64,000 nucleotides of DNA, taken from assembly GCA_004764695.1 (NCBI GenBank), contig SMSO01000014.1:6376029-6440028 (forward strand), written 5' to 3'. Numbering within the stretch: the stretch's first letter is position 1; the number at the start of each line of letters is the position of its first letter. Positions 11,436-23,116 of this stretch are shown in pieces. The stretch comes from Schizochytrium sp. TIO01 (taxonomy: Eukaryota; Protista; Bigyra: Labyrinthulomycetes). The notes beneath the pieces are model-generated. The model searched no databases and was not told where the DNA came from. It saw only the letters and a list, made by a program, of their open reading frames with translations. The translations under genes were made by a program, and so were the position numbers.

Positions 11436-12362
11436 TCACTGATAAATATCAGCAAGTGTTGGGCTCATCTTGAACGCCCGACGAAAGAGTTGCATGGCTG
11501 CATCGCAGTCGCCAGCAACGGCTAGCTCCTGTGCCTCCTGATACATATTGAACGCCTCATGGTCCTTAGGGGTTTTGCAGACTGGGTCACGGCGCCGGTA
11601 CATCACATCAGAGCGGATGATATACTTTTGCGCATCATCACCAACGCAGACACCCTCATGCATGATGTTGTGGAAGAAAACAACCATGCGACCAGCGCGG
11701 GGCTCTGCAGTGAACCGCACAAGGTCAGGACGACCTGTGTAGCGGCCCTGGTCATCTTTGACGAGCTTGTCACGTTGCTCGTCCATATAGAATCTTGTGC
11801 CACCACCCACTTCGCAGTTGTTCAAGAAGAGTACGATAGAGTACATGCTACGCTCGTCACAGCTCACAATGTTGTAGCCATCGGTATGAGGTGCAAAATG
11901 GCCTCCTCGACGGTAACGAGCAAAAAGCAAGTTCTCGTTTGTGCCGTAGGGTTCCCATGTACCTTCAAGGTCGCGCTGCCAGCGCGGTGAGGTCTCGTCA
12001 TCTGTGATCTCCACGGGTTCAGGAATTTTGTCTTTAATGCGCTCCCAGAGCAACGCCGCGATTTCAGGCTGATGAGTCTCGATGGTATCAGCATTTCGGA
12101 ACTCTGTTTTGCTGTCGGGCCGGGCATCCCAGAAGGTGTAGCCGATTTTCTCAGTCTGCTCCACGAGGTAAGCGCACTCCTCTTCACTCAAAACATCATC
12201 GAGGATGACACAGTCCAAGCTTGGCTCAGGGCGAGTCTCGACCACCTCTCGATCCGAGTCGCGAAGTTGAGCCACATCCAAGAGATCTCCGGTTTCCGCC
12301 TGCGTCTTGAGCACGGAGGCTACCTCGCTGAACGGTGAAGGACCGTCTTCCGCCATCATCAA
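11436..12362 (-). CDS. 2OG-Fe(II) oxygenase, prolyl 4-hydroxylase-like
   Basis: Motifs ILDDVLSEEEC, RYRRGGHFAPHTDG (HxD), SIVLFLN..GGGTRF, VFFHNIMHEG (distal His) and KYIIRSDVMY. It ends in a short TPR-like helical pair. Confidence 0.88.
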   Translation of the reverse strand: MMMAEDGPSPFSEVASVLKTQAETGDLLDVAQLRDSDREVVETRPEPSLDCVILDDVLSEEECAYLVEQTEKIGYTFWDARPDSKTEFRNADTIETHQPEIAALLWERIKDKIPEPVEITDDETSPRWQRDLEGTWEPYGTNENLLFARYRRGGHFAPHTDGYNIVSCDERSMYSIVLFLNNCEVGGGTRFYMDEQRDKLVKDDQGRYTGRPDLVRFTAEPRAGRMVVFFHNIMHEGVCVGDDAQKYIIRSDVMYRRRDPVCKTPKDHEAFNMYQEAQELAVAGDCDAAMQLFRRAFKMSPTLADIYQ

Positions 12363-13369
12363 ACGCCTATAAGCCGGAGTCTTTAGCCTTTAAGGTGTCC
12401 TCGGCGATCAAGGTACGCGTCCACAAATTATTTCATAAATGCATTTTCTTCATTCGTCAATTCATTGATTTTCACTGACGAATTACAATTTCTTGCTTCG
12501 TCTATGGTCAAAGTCTCACTCTTAGGTTTTATGTTATGAGGGGTTAGTGAGGACGCTTGTTTTGCAAAGAGTGGCTCAGGGCGGCATGTGCAATTTCAAG
12601 CGAGCAATTGGTTTAGAGCTAAGCGAACATGAGCTTGAGTGACGAGGGTTTAATAGGTGCTGAATAGGTGATCCTTAAGTCTTGGGCTTGGGTAAAGTTT
12701 CTGAGGATGACTTCGAAGTGGCTGTGAACATGGTGTGACCTTGCAATTTTACAGAATCAGGGCGATATGCGATCTAGCTTCGTGTACGAGCTCCGTGTAT
12801 CTACTAGAAAACTTGTTGAGGTCCTCGGAAAATACTGTATGGACCTGTACAGGTGAGAAGCGGTGTTTAATATATTGTCTCCATACCAAAATATGATTAA
12901 TATCTCAAAGACGCTTCATTTACTCCTCGTAGGCACTGACTAGGCAGAGAGTCAGATTTATCAGAATAAGCCAATGTCGGAGAGAACTGCCAAGATAGTT
13001 ATTCATTCTTCGCACACACCCAAACCTCGTGCAATCTCACTATCTATTTTAATCTTTGTTCTGTATGACTGGCAAGAAAAGGTGACGACTTTGAGATGGA
13101 AATTAGAAGTGGTTAAGTATGACAGTGGTGGGATGATTTCCATTGTATTTCTTCTCTCATATGTCTGTTTTCTATTCGCGTTTGTCTACAGTAGTAAAGC
13201 GATCCAAAGAATCACAATCGGAACGCATAACTTGCCATCTGAACCGCGATAATATACAAATTACAATACATTGCTATACTCAGGGGACCAGCATAAAAAG
13301 GCGAATATATTGTATCCTCGCTTCAAGACATGAATCATTAAAAAACCCCTTATTCCCTATTTCCCTTAG

Positions 13370-13870
13370 GAGCTGACCTTTGAAATTGATCGCACGTAAG
13401 AAATTCGAACTTCCAGCTTGGTCAGCTCCACGCAGTCCATCATTCAGATCTTGACCGACAGCAGCAGATTCGTAGGCTTCGTGCACCCTGCCATGTTAAA
13501 TGATCAAATCTTACTTTTGATTAGCTATAGAAATGACTCCCGCTGCAACCTGAAAAAAATCTTAGCGAGCAGCTCCAAGTTCGTCGTGAAGTTTGGAATG
13601 GCCAGTTCTCGGCAGCGCGTGCAACTTACAATGAAATCCAACCAATGTTATCTCAAACCACCAATCAAGTCAACGTTGCTACAGCCTAACACGATTAGTG
13701 CCCCAAGTCCTTCGAGAACATTTCACCTTTGCCAGTCGATGGTGGCATGCACAAACTATAGCCTGCCCCGCGCCTTAGATCTCGGTCTTGTTGTCGGTGG
13801 CGATAATGAAGAGCTTTTGGAGAGCGGGGCCTCCATATTGGTTTGCTCCCAGGCGTGCATTCACTCGTAG
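13370..13870 (-). pseudogene. Possible decayed leucine-rich-repeat gene fragment
   Basis: My translation of one minus frame, interrupted by stops, gives LGALIVLGCSNVDL...SCTRCRELAIPN...FNMAGCTKPTNLLLSVKI*MMDCVELTKLEV. This resembles cysteine-containing LRRs (LxLxGCxxLTD). Confidence 0.3.
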
Positions 13871-14680
13871 AGTTAAGACTATTCTATGATTTTTTTATTT
13901 ACTTTTTTAAAGGGAAAAAAGGGGCACTAGACCTACTTCTTTCTCACCTCTCCTGTTCTTACCTTGTAATTGCCCAATGATGAGGTTCCATTCACTATAT
14001 AAAACGGATCTCGTTCCTCTTTTAAGCCCTTCATCTTGCTCGTCAAACTCTGCTGTTGCTCCGGCGAGCTTTGGTTTCCTCGAAGGCCGTGACACATAGA
14101 GCCCAAACCCAAACGTAAAAGAGCGAGCAAACAAAAAACATTCAATGATTTTTAGTAAGCAAACTAAGTCATTATTATTTTATTGTTAAAAAAACAACTA
14201 AAATCCATGCGTTTCTTTCCTCTCCTGGCCTAGTGGGGCAGTGAGCACTGTCCCAGAGCCCACCCACTCTGAGTACAGTAGGATGTGAGTGCTGCAGTGA
14301 GTCTCGTGATCACTTTCTTCTTCTTCTTCTTCTTCATCAATTGCGCAAGTGCCGCGGCTGCGAGAGTCCTCCAAAACTCAATTGAAGAAATAACAAAGAA
14401 AGAACTTTGAAAGACCCACAAAAGTTTCCCCAGTTTATTATAAATTGGTTGTAGATGCCGGATAGGATGTCCTATGCCATGAACCGGTCATTGGCTGACT
14501 ATAAAATACATCACATAACATACCTTCTACACGGCACTCAATTAGCAAACCATGGTATACCTACATACCTATATTTCAAGGTTCTATTGCAGTCCCAATA
14601 AACTTGAAAGAATAGAATAACAATGACGTTCTTTCCCATCTATCGATTAATCTTTATTAACTATTTTCAGATTATTTATT

Positions 14681-14687
<7 letters not shown>

Positions 14688-14715
<28 letters not shown>
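14688..14715 (+). repeat. Poly(A) run, A28
   Basis: Directly visible homopolymer. Confidence 0.95.
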
Positions 14716-14716
<1 letters not shown>

Positions 14717-14744
14717 TTGCGTGTTTTTTAATAACATTCTTCGG

Positions 14745-15060
14745 TTACTCGCCGACAATTGAAGCAAACTCGGGCTCCAAGTACCGGTGAAACGACGAAA
14801 CCCACTCGCAGCCGGGGTATCCCTGCGAGACAGCACGTTTCTCAGCTTTTCCCACGCGTCTCTGCTGCCCACGCGAGCGTCTCGAGGGCGAATCGGCACT
14901 CTTCTTTCGGCTGCGGCGTTGTTCCCTTGTCGGAATTGCCCCACTCAGAGAGGCTCGAAGCAGCAAGGCCTACAGAGCAAACGGCCAACCCAAAGTGAGT
15001 TATAGCGCCATTCTTCACTTACAGACCGTTCCGCAAGTGGAGTAAACGGAGGACAAAGTG
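14745..15060 (-). mobile_element. Possible relic of a pogo/Tc5 (CENP-B HTH) transposase N-terminus
   Basis: GC-rich island. Broken minus frames read VGLAASSLSEW...PKEECRFALETLAWAAETRG and YPGCEWVSSFHRYLEPEF, reminiscent of HTH-psq (GVPxSTLxDW) and HTH_Tnp_Tc5 (PGxxWVxxFxxRHPE). No TIR or DDE domain seen. Confidence 0.22.
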
Positions 15061-15249
15061 GAGAATCGGCGCCGGAACAACTAGGAGATTGGCCATCAAA
15101 TTCGACACCCCCTCATATTCTTCTTTATTATTGGATATTTGTATTTAGTCTTTGCTTTGTTTGCTCTACAGCGAATAATTAGATTTATTACTTACTTTGT
15201 AACAGAAGGCATCGAAGACTGTGTTTCGTTATTCGTTTCTTTTTTCATA

Positions 15250-15609
15250 TTGTTTGTTTGTTTGTTTGTTTGTTTGTTTGTTTGTTTGTTTGTTTGTTTG
15301 TTTGTTTGTTTGTTTGTTTGTTTGTTTGTTTGTTTGTTTGTTTGTTTGTTTGTTTGTTTGTTTGTTTGTTTGTTTGTTTGTGTGTTTGTTTGTTTGTTGT
15401 TTGTTTGTTGTTGTTTGTTGTTGTTTGTTTGTTTTGTTGTTTGTGTTGTTTGTTGTTGTTTGTTTGTTTGTTGTTTGTTTGTTTGTTTGTTTGTTTGTTT
15501 GTTTGTTGTTTTGTTTGTTGTTGTTTGTTGTTGTTTGTTGTTGTTTGTTTGTTTGTTTGTTTGTTTGTTTGTTTGTTTGTTTGTTTGTTTGTTTGTTTGT
15601 TTGTTTGTT
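15250..15609 (+). repeat. (TTTG)n microsatellite, ~360 bp, with a degenerate TTG/TTTG core
   Basis: Perfect TTTG arrays at both ends and irregular units at about 15380-15545. Confidence 0.98.
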
Positions 15610-16269
15610 CCAAAGGGAGAATCACTTTGAGATCGACGATCGATCGACGGGATCGCGGTAATGTCCACAGCGAGCGTCGAAGAGGAAAAAGGAACCTCGC
15701 AAGGACTGTGCGGTTGGCCTCTCGACGCGGAAAGACGCCTCAGACAGCTAGCTGCAGCTCGCTTCTTCTCCTTCAGAGGCTCTCATTTCCTCAGAATTCT
15801 GGTTCTCGATTTGGGGATTGTTAAAAAGTTTTCTTTCCCCTTTAAATAAAAAATTCATCATAATACTCATGTGCTGTAAATGCCTTCGATGCCATCAATG
15901 CGTGATGAGTTGGAGAAGATGATATACATATCTATTCAGCGTCTGCTCGGGAAATGGGCACCAAGCTCGCCTGATTGAAGAAATGTTCTCCACACGAGCC
16001 GTCTTTGCGCCTGATATCGATTCCGGGGTCTGCTTGCGGGTTTGGGCGGTATTATTATTACCTATTTTAGAATGAGGAATGAACATTCTGTTTTCCCATT
16101 CGAGTTCTTTTCTTTTTCTTTCTTTTGTGTTGAATGGTTTTCTAAAAGAAAAGAGAGAATTCTAATAACTGGCAATGAGGACAGAACAGATAATGAATTC
16201 ATCGAACAAGAAGAAAAGAAACAGAAAGGACAGACCCCGAAGAGCCCAGGCCTGAGCGCCGCACTCGCG

Positions 16270-19200
16270 ATGCTCGGCGCCCCGCACACAGCGCATAGCG
16301 CCAGGTACGACCATGGCGGGGAACCAATTGACCTGACATCATGGTTGGAGAAGATGGAGATTGACGATTCGCCTGCTGCCTCACCATCCTCGTTCGGCAA
16401 CAGCTTCAACTACGAGACCATCAACAACTCCTATGCGCGCAGAAATGGAGGCAGGAACTATATTGGCGTTGACCTGGATGGCACAGAAGGATTGCCAACC
16501 CCACCGGTACCCAACAGACCTCCGCCGCAATCTCCTATGATGGACACTGGAGCGCTCTCACCAGGAGGCTTTGGGCTTGGAGGCTTCAGTGCCTTGGGTG
16601 TCGGTGTCCATGTCGATAACACCAGCAACACCACCAGCAACACCACCAGCAACACCACCATCAACAATAACAACAATTACATCAACAACGGCAGCGCGGA
16701 CATTATTAAACCCTCTCAAATTGCAAGGAACAGGAAAAAGAACGCCAATGCTCGTACCAAGAAAACACATCAGGACAAGGGTAGAGAGGAGACCAAAGTT
16801 AACGCGAACCCTATGAGGAATAATAACGAGGCAAATCAGCAACAATTTAGGATGAAGGGACCTTCTCCAGCACTTGAGGTGCTCGTAGACAACTTGAAGG
16901 ATAACTTTGAGGCTTACGTTAGGTCTCCATTGCACAATACAATTAATATTGCCGGAGTTAATTCGAGAATGCCAAAACAGAGCCATCAGACAAACCCAGC
17001 GACAGCAAAACCTAGCAGCGGCCGCATTGTGAAACCTTCGGGCAGCGGAAAGTCGAAGCAGAGTAGGAACTCGCGGAAACTTAACCGTACGCCACTTCAT
17101 GCAAACTTAGCAGCTACTGGAGCGTCGTCTACATCCCGAAGGAGAAGCTTTGGAACCTCCTCAACTAAGATGAACGGGAATGTTACAAACAACGAAAGCA
17201 ACAATCAACACTACACTAAGATCGAGGTTAACACAGATGGCAATGACGAGAACTTCGCCATGCCCCACAACAATCTCGGCCATGGCATTGATCACAACGC
17301 GGGTGCTATTCTGATGAAGAATCAAAGTGGCGCTGTGCATGTGAACCATTTCACGTCAAAATCAACATCAACAGCACACGAACACTTCGGTGATGATATC
17401 TCAAATCATCACTACAAACCTGCGGCACCACCAGGAGTACCTCCACCACAACCGCCCCCATCTTCTCCAGGACTTGACGACTCTACAGCCTTTGTTTCTG
17501 CCGCCACTTTTGCTGCCCACTTTTGACAACAAAACAAGACCACGTTCATCTAAAAATCGTCAGCGTCTGCGCGGTTTGTCTCGCACGCGAGCGACCAATA
17601 ACGTCGTGCCACGAACAGCAGAAAACCACCTGGCTGCTGCCAGGGCGAGCCATTCATTTCGAGAGTCAGCATCTCCCACTCCAGACACACAGGTGCACAT
17701 GAGAAAGAATTTCTCTCCTTCTCCGATTAATGTGCCAGATGATGATCAGGATGATGCATGCATGGAACTGACCGATGATGATGATGATGACAACGGTATT
17801 GACGAGAGAGTTGAAGAGGATACAGTACATTTTAGCTATAAACCACGTATTAACAAGAATATAAAACGTTCTGGACGACGTGCAACACGAGCCTTAAGAC
17901 GCGAGTGGATGAATCGCGATCTGTCTCCGTCATCTCTCGCCGAACGGGATGTCAGTTCTCCCGTAGAGCCTGAGATAACTTTGGATGCTGATTATTCGAG
18001 CGACGATCAAGGTTTAGATCAAAACGATGGCTACGAAGATGATGAGTCTCATCACGAGAATATATATGTAGTAGTAGACAATGTTGTTGAACATGATTCA
18101 TCTCAGCGCCATGTGTATCATGAAGAGGAGTCGAAGGGCGAAGTCGGTCCCGAACAAGACTCAGACTTTAACGAAAGCGATAGTGATAGTGATCCAGAGG
18201 AGGATAGCGTTGCAGAGGCGAACCAAATTAAGCTTTTGCTCGAAAATGCCAAACAAGAGCTGGAATTAGGGAATACAGACGCTGCATTCACACTTGTGGA
18301 CCCTATTTGTAACCAAGACAATGTGGATGCAGATACCTTGTTTCTGCGTTCGTCAATCCACATGGCGTGTCAGCGATATGCAACATGTCACAAAGATTGT
18401 CTCCGTGCCCTTGAGCTCGACCCGCATCATACGAAAGCTGCGATTCGCGCAGCCCGCATGTTGCGTACGATGGGGTGTTTTTCAGTTAAAGCTGATTGGC
18501 TTCGCGTGATAGGTAACGATGACGGTATTTTAGACCAAGCTCGTAATGAACTTGAGAGTATCGAGAAGGCAAGCGCTCTATTTGAAAGCATCACAAGCCG
18601 CATCTCTCGGACCCCGGGCGATGCCAGTATCGATGATCTCTTATGTCAATTGGTAAACTTGTGTGTGGGATGGCCGTGTGTATATCTTTTGCAAGGTATT
18701 CAGGCTTGCTGCAAGGGAGACAAAGCGGCCATGGATGCACATATTAATAAGGCTTATCAATTTGTTGCTGATGTAGAGACTATAGCGATGGACGCCAATG
18801 GCTGTTTCCTAGGCAGGTCCGTTGAGATAACGAATTGTGGCAAGGAGACTGCAAAAGCCATTAAAACAGTTCTGCGCTCGTTGCATTATGCTGACTATGT
18901 CCAGGAATCTACTACGTTTGCAAATGGATTGTTTAAGCGCTTTGCTGATTTACCTGCTGACAAAATTCTTCTCGTGCAAATTTGTGAACAGCAAGTCCGT
19001 ACTTTCGCACGACTTCAGGAAGCAAAGGACGCAGCAAATAACCTTTTCAGGACCAAAAACTATAGCAGGGCGATTAGTAAATACACAGAAGCCCTGAACA
19101 TTGATCCCGGGCATGATCGTTACAATGCAGTTATTCTTTCTAATCGTGCTGCGGCATACATGGCTAACGAGGACTTTGAGAATGCTGTCAAGGATTGCAC

Positions 19201-19801
19201 TCTCGCCCTCGAAAAGCTCGAGACATACACGAAAGCACGTGTGCGTCGCGCGCGTGCTAATGTGAAATTAGGTAAGCCCAAACTAGCGATGAATGACCTG
19301 GAGCGGGCGATCGCTGAGGACCCTCAACCCGAATATGAGGTTGAGCTTGAAAATCTTCGCGCGGAGGCTAGGCGCCAACGTGAGGCGAAAAGCGAGGCAC
19401 ACAGTCAGGCTCGCTGGGGCAAGTATGAGCGCAAGAAGCACTCGAATGCATCATCTACTTCGTCAGCAGCAAAATCCCGGTTTGGCGCTAATACCTGTTT
19501 GTACAAAGTTCTCGATATTCCCGAGACTGCCTCTCAGGAGCAGATTCGCAAGGCGTATCTGAAGCTTGCGCTCAAGTATCATCCTGATAAACGTGGTGCA
19601 AATGATGCCGAGGCAGTTGAGATTTTTAAGTGCATTGCTGAGGCCTATGAAACCTTAAAGGATCCTGTGAAAAAGGCAGAGTACGATCGCAAGCGCAGCT
19701 TTAACAATCGCTTCTCTCCCATACTTCTCAAGTTCGCGCGCGACATCTGGTTCTTCTGCTTCTTATTACTATGCATACTTTTAGAGAAACACAGAGCTTG
19801 A
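16270..19801 (+). CDS. DNAJC7: DNAJC7-like TPR + J-domain co-chaperone with a long disordered N-terminus; split by a +1 frame break at ~17521
   Basis: ORFs 16042-17526 and 17390-19801 join as ...AAHF/DNKTR if one T of TTTT (17521-17524) is removed. TPRs include KDAANNLFRTKNYSRAISKYTEAL and ILSNRAAAYMANEDFENAVKDC. The J-domain reads LYKVLDIPETASQEQIRKAYLKLALKYHPDK. The start is taken as ATG 16270 and is uncertain; the true stop may be 19784. Confidence 0.8.
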
Positions 19802-20981
19802 CAATGTTAGTCAGTGTTTCATAGTAGTAAATACCTGTATTGACCTCAGAGGAGCACTGTTTTGTTTATTTTAGTAAAGATGTTGATTGATTCTCGTTTT
19901 GATTTTGAAAAATAAAGAAGAAAAATACTTGAAGAAAAATACTTGAAGAAAAATATATGCATTTGCCATCGAGAAACCTATCGTTTGCAATTTAGGTTGC
20001 TTTCTTAAACACGATGAAAGAATCGAGTCTAAATGGCCCGTTTCAAGTATTACCAATATCCTGTTTTTAGAACCCACCCCCCGGCTCACCGGCGGGACTT
20101 GAAACGCAACATTTATTAAATTTACATCTATTCAAATTCGCTTCAGTATATTCCGAACTACTTTGTCCTAAGCAACTTGACTACCAAGAGTCACATTCAT
20201 TCAATTGAATGAAAAAGAGTCAAATAATGAAATTGGCAATACTATTACGTCCGTGAGAATTTATTTGTTATAATAGAAGGACATAAAATCTACATTAGCA
20301 CTCTGTCTTCATCTTCTTGTCGCTCGATAAACTGTGTAATTTTACCAGGGGATTCATGCAGCTAAGTTTTACACCCCTTTTACAACAAGGAAGGTGACGA
20401 TTGCTCATCTGCCACCTTCGTCTTTTTACTGCTCTTATTGTTAAAGTTACTATAGTGGTAGTTTCGAGTAGCATACGAGATATTCGTTCACCCCATCGAC
20501 TCGTTTTACATTTAATTGCTTTGCTTAATAGCGATAGCGTAGCTGGAGGTTCAATTACGCTGCAGCTAAACTTAGTTCATGGAGACCTTCAATGACGCTA
20601 GCTTCCACTCCCAAGTGACTATTGAAGTTCCCAAGGTTAAGCTCAACGCACACAGGAAATAAGTCCTTGAAGGTCATATGTCAGCAGACAGCATGCGTAT
20701 GACGGGTTTAAAAGCAGATCACCCTTGAGCAAACAAAGCTCGGTACTCGTGAGCAGGTCGGGTAGGTAGATAGTTGCACTTTATCGAATGGGAACAAATG
20801 ATTTGACGAGACATTCCGCTCACAGCCCACAAGAAAAAATGGGAGAGATAGATAGAGAAGGGAGAGACAAAGATTAAATGCTAGAATTCCACACGCAGCT
20901 GGCTCTAGCTAGCCTTGAATGTATCGATCAATCGACCAAACATGGCATGGACGAATCGTATCAATCAAAGGATCAATCAAA

Positions 20982-22058
20982 TTACACATCGAGAACCCAG
21001 GACCAAAAGCGCTTGCACATTGACATTGCGCGGTTTGGTGCGCGCTGAAGTTGCTCTGGGTCACGGACGCGGTATGACTGCTTAGCTTGGTGTGTGAAGT
21101 CAGTAGAGGTCATGCCCTGAGTGGATGCTGAAGCTGCAAAGCTAGCAAAACTCGGGTCATTGCAGGCTTTCACGCCAATCATGACTTGTGTGTCCCCAAT
21201 TTGGATAAAAGACCCATTGTGAGCTAGAGCGCGGCTAGCCTGAACGCGACTGCTGTAGAGAATATGCATCCAGTTCCCGGCCTCGTTCCTATGCTCGTGG
21301 ACCTCGCCATAGGTTTGAAAATGACGGAGCACCGCAAATCCAGCACCCGTGGGGTATCCAAAGACTGTCACCCAAGCAGAAGATCGTCCTCCATTCAAGT
21401 TCATACCTTCCCTCGATCGTCCAGAGAGGACCATAGGTGACGAGAGGTCCAACCCTCTTGGAGCATCCAGGTCAAGACCAACGCCTCCCGCTCCAGGTGT
21501 GCGAGCCGCTGGTCTACGGCGCATTGTGGTATTCGAGCCGCTCATTTCGTCGTCGTCCATCATGTCATTTCCTGAGTTTTGTGGTGTCGCCGGCATCCCA
21601 CTCAGTAGAGAGTTCGACGGCGGCATGAGCATTTCCTCATCTTCGCCCTCGGCGTTGCGCACGAGCGCGAGGTCCTCGCCAAATCCCATACCTTCGTGTC
21701 TTCCTGCATAAGACGATGATCCCATGCGATCATCGTAATTCACAAGCGAACTGGTGCGTGCGGGTGAATTGAATGAGTGTCCTTGCATCTCATTGCTGTT
21801 GACATTTTGCATGTGATTATTACGCATGGTATCGCTATCGCCTTCTTGGCGTGTGTTCCAATGACTCTGTAGTGAACCCGCGCTTGATGAAGATCCCGAC
21901 GAGAACATAGACTCACCCAAACCAGCGGAAGACTTCTGCACTGCGGATGGGCGCTCCTGAGCAGGCGTTGTTCGGCGTCCGAAGTAGTCCGGCGCATCGC
22001 GCATGCCCGCCTGGGATCGCGCCATCCCAGAACCCGGTGCCGGAGAGCCGCCGTACAT
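20982..22058 (-). CDS. NUP35: Nucleoporin NUP35/NUP53 (MPPN-type RRM)
   Basis: WVTVFGYP...VLRHFQTYGEV...GNWMHILYSSRVQASRALAHNG...MIGVK, a PPSNSL motif, and the C-terminal amphipathic helix MCKRFWSWVLDV. First ATG is at 22058. Confidence 0.92.
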   Translation of the reverse strand: MYGGSPAPGSGMARSQAGMRDAPDYFGRRTTPAQERPSAVQKSSAGLGESMFSSGSSSSAGSLQSHWNTRQEGDSDTMRNNHMQNVNSNEMQGHSFNSPARTSSLVNYDDRMGSSSYAGRHEGMGFGEDLALVRNAEGEDEEMLMPPSNSLLSGMPATPQNSGNDMMDDDEMSGSNTTMRRRPAARTPGAGGVGLDLDAPRGLDLSSPMVLSGRSREGMNLNGGRSSAWVTVFGYPTGAGFAVLRHFQTYGEVHEHRNEAGNWMHILYSSRVQASRALAHNGSFIQIGDTQVMIGVKACNDPSFASFAASASTQGMTSTDFTHQAKQSYRVRDPEQLQRAPNRAMSMCKRFWSWVLDV

Positions 22059-23116
22059 TGTACAAGAGGTGAGCGAAGGGGTCCTCAGACACACAGAAAG
22101 TTCCTGTGGAACGACTCGCTAGTGATGCAGTCCACTTGGCCTTCTGCAGACGGGCCTTGATTGTTTGGTCGTTTGCTGCTCAAGTGACGCAGATGGCGAA
22201 TGATCCAAGCCTTTGATTTGGAGACTCTCAGTGTTCTGATCCCTACTATTGAAGCCCAATAGTTCACTTATACAAATACAGTATTTCCCTGCCTTACAAG
22301 TGAAGTATAATTATAACGTACTGAGTTGAAATTGCACCATTTCTTCAGGTGCTTTTTGACTAAACATCTCACTTTCAGCTTTCTATAGTTCAATTGAATA
22401 AATAAAATAGTCTACTTTGGAGGCGCTATACCCTACTTGCAAGCGCCTGGCGGCGGTTTTTTGCGAGTGAGCAAACCTGTAAACTAGACTTTAATACAAA
22501 TTTAATAAACAGGTTGAACGTTATGTCGTTGTTAATATGGGAAACCACAATGGAGAAATAACGTAGGTCGTTGGTAAATGTCTGACATTGCACAGCAAGG
22601 GAACACAGGGAAAGTGAACGGTAAGGTCCTAGCTACCTTCCAGTTGTCCTGTCTCTTAGGGGCCCCTCTGTTACGCCCCAAAGATACAATCTTCTTTGTT
22701 TGCTTCTTTCTTTCCATTGTTTTAGTGATCATGAGAGGTCCAGGCAGAGTATAGGCAGGCCTACTCTAAACGATAGAAGTGGCACCACGTGGAATATCGA
22801 ATGCAATGTGCAATTCGAGGACTTCTATTTTATAAATAAGCAGTGGAAGACGTGCCCAATGCTATCAGCTGGTTTGTACAGGGCGTTATTCGATGCGTCT
22901 GCGGGACTTCACGGGGTATTTGGGCTCCATTCGCAGGTGAAGGGCGAATTATACAACTACTTCTGCTGCCTCACCTCACGGAGAGAGGCCATTAAAGTAC
23001 ACATTTTAGTACACCAGCCACGCAGTCTGTCTTTTAATTGAATCTATTTTCAATTAAAAACTTAATTAAACAGAACTAAAAATCTAAAAAAACTAAAAAT
23101 TAAATTAAATTAAAAC

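Noticed and set aside
15139-15824. ORFs encoding FVCL/TNKQ repeats
   Set aside because: They are translations of the stop-free (TTTG)n microsatellite, not genes.
19917-19955. 14-bp tandem repeat GAAGAAAAATACTT and other short repeats considered as a CRISPR-like array
   Set aside because: There are no unique spacers and no cas genes; these are simple slippage duplications.
20080-20135. Minus-strand TTTCAAGTCCCGCCGGTGAGC resembling a tRNA T-arm and 3' acceptor strand
   Set aside because: The T-stem pairs poorly, and there is no matching 5' acceptor strand or D-arm. At best a decayed fragment.
20400-20700. Coding-like minus-strand text with many stops
   Set aside because: No recognisable motif, so a pseudogene call cannot be supported.
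22421-22462. Hairpin AGGCGCT/AGCGCCT near a T-run, like an intrinsic terminator
   Set aside because: The context is eukaryotic, the loop is long, and the T-run is not adjacent. Expected by chance.
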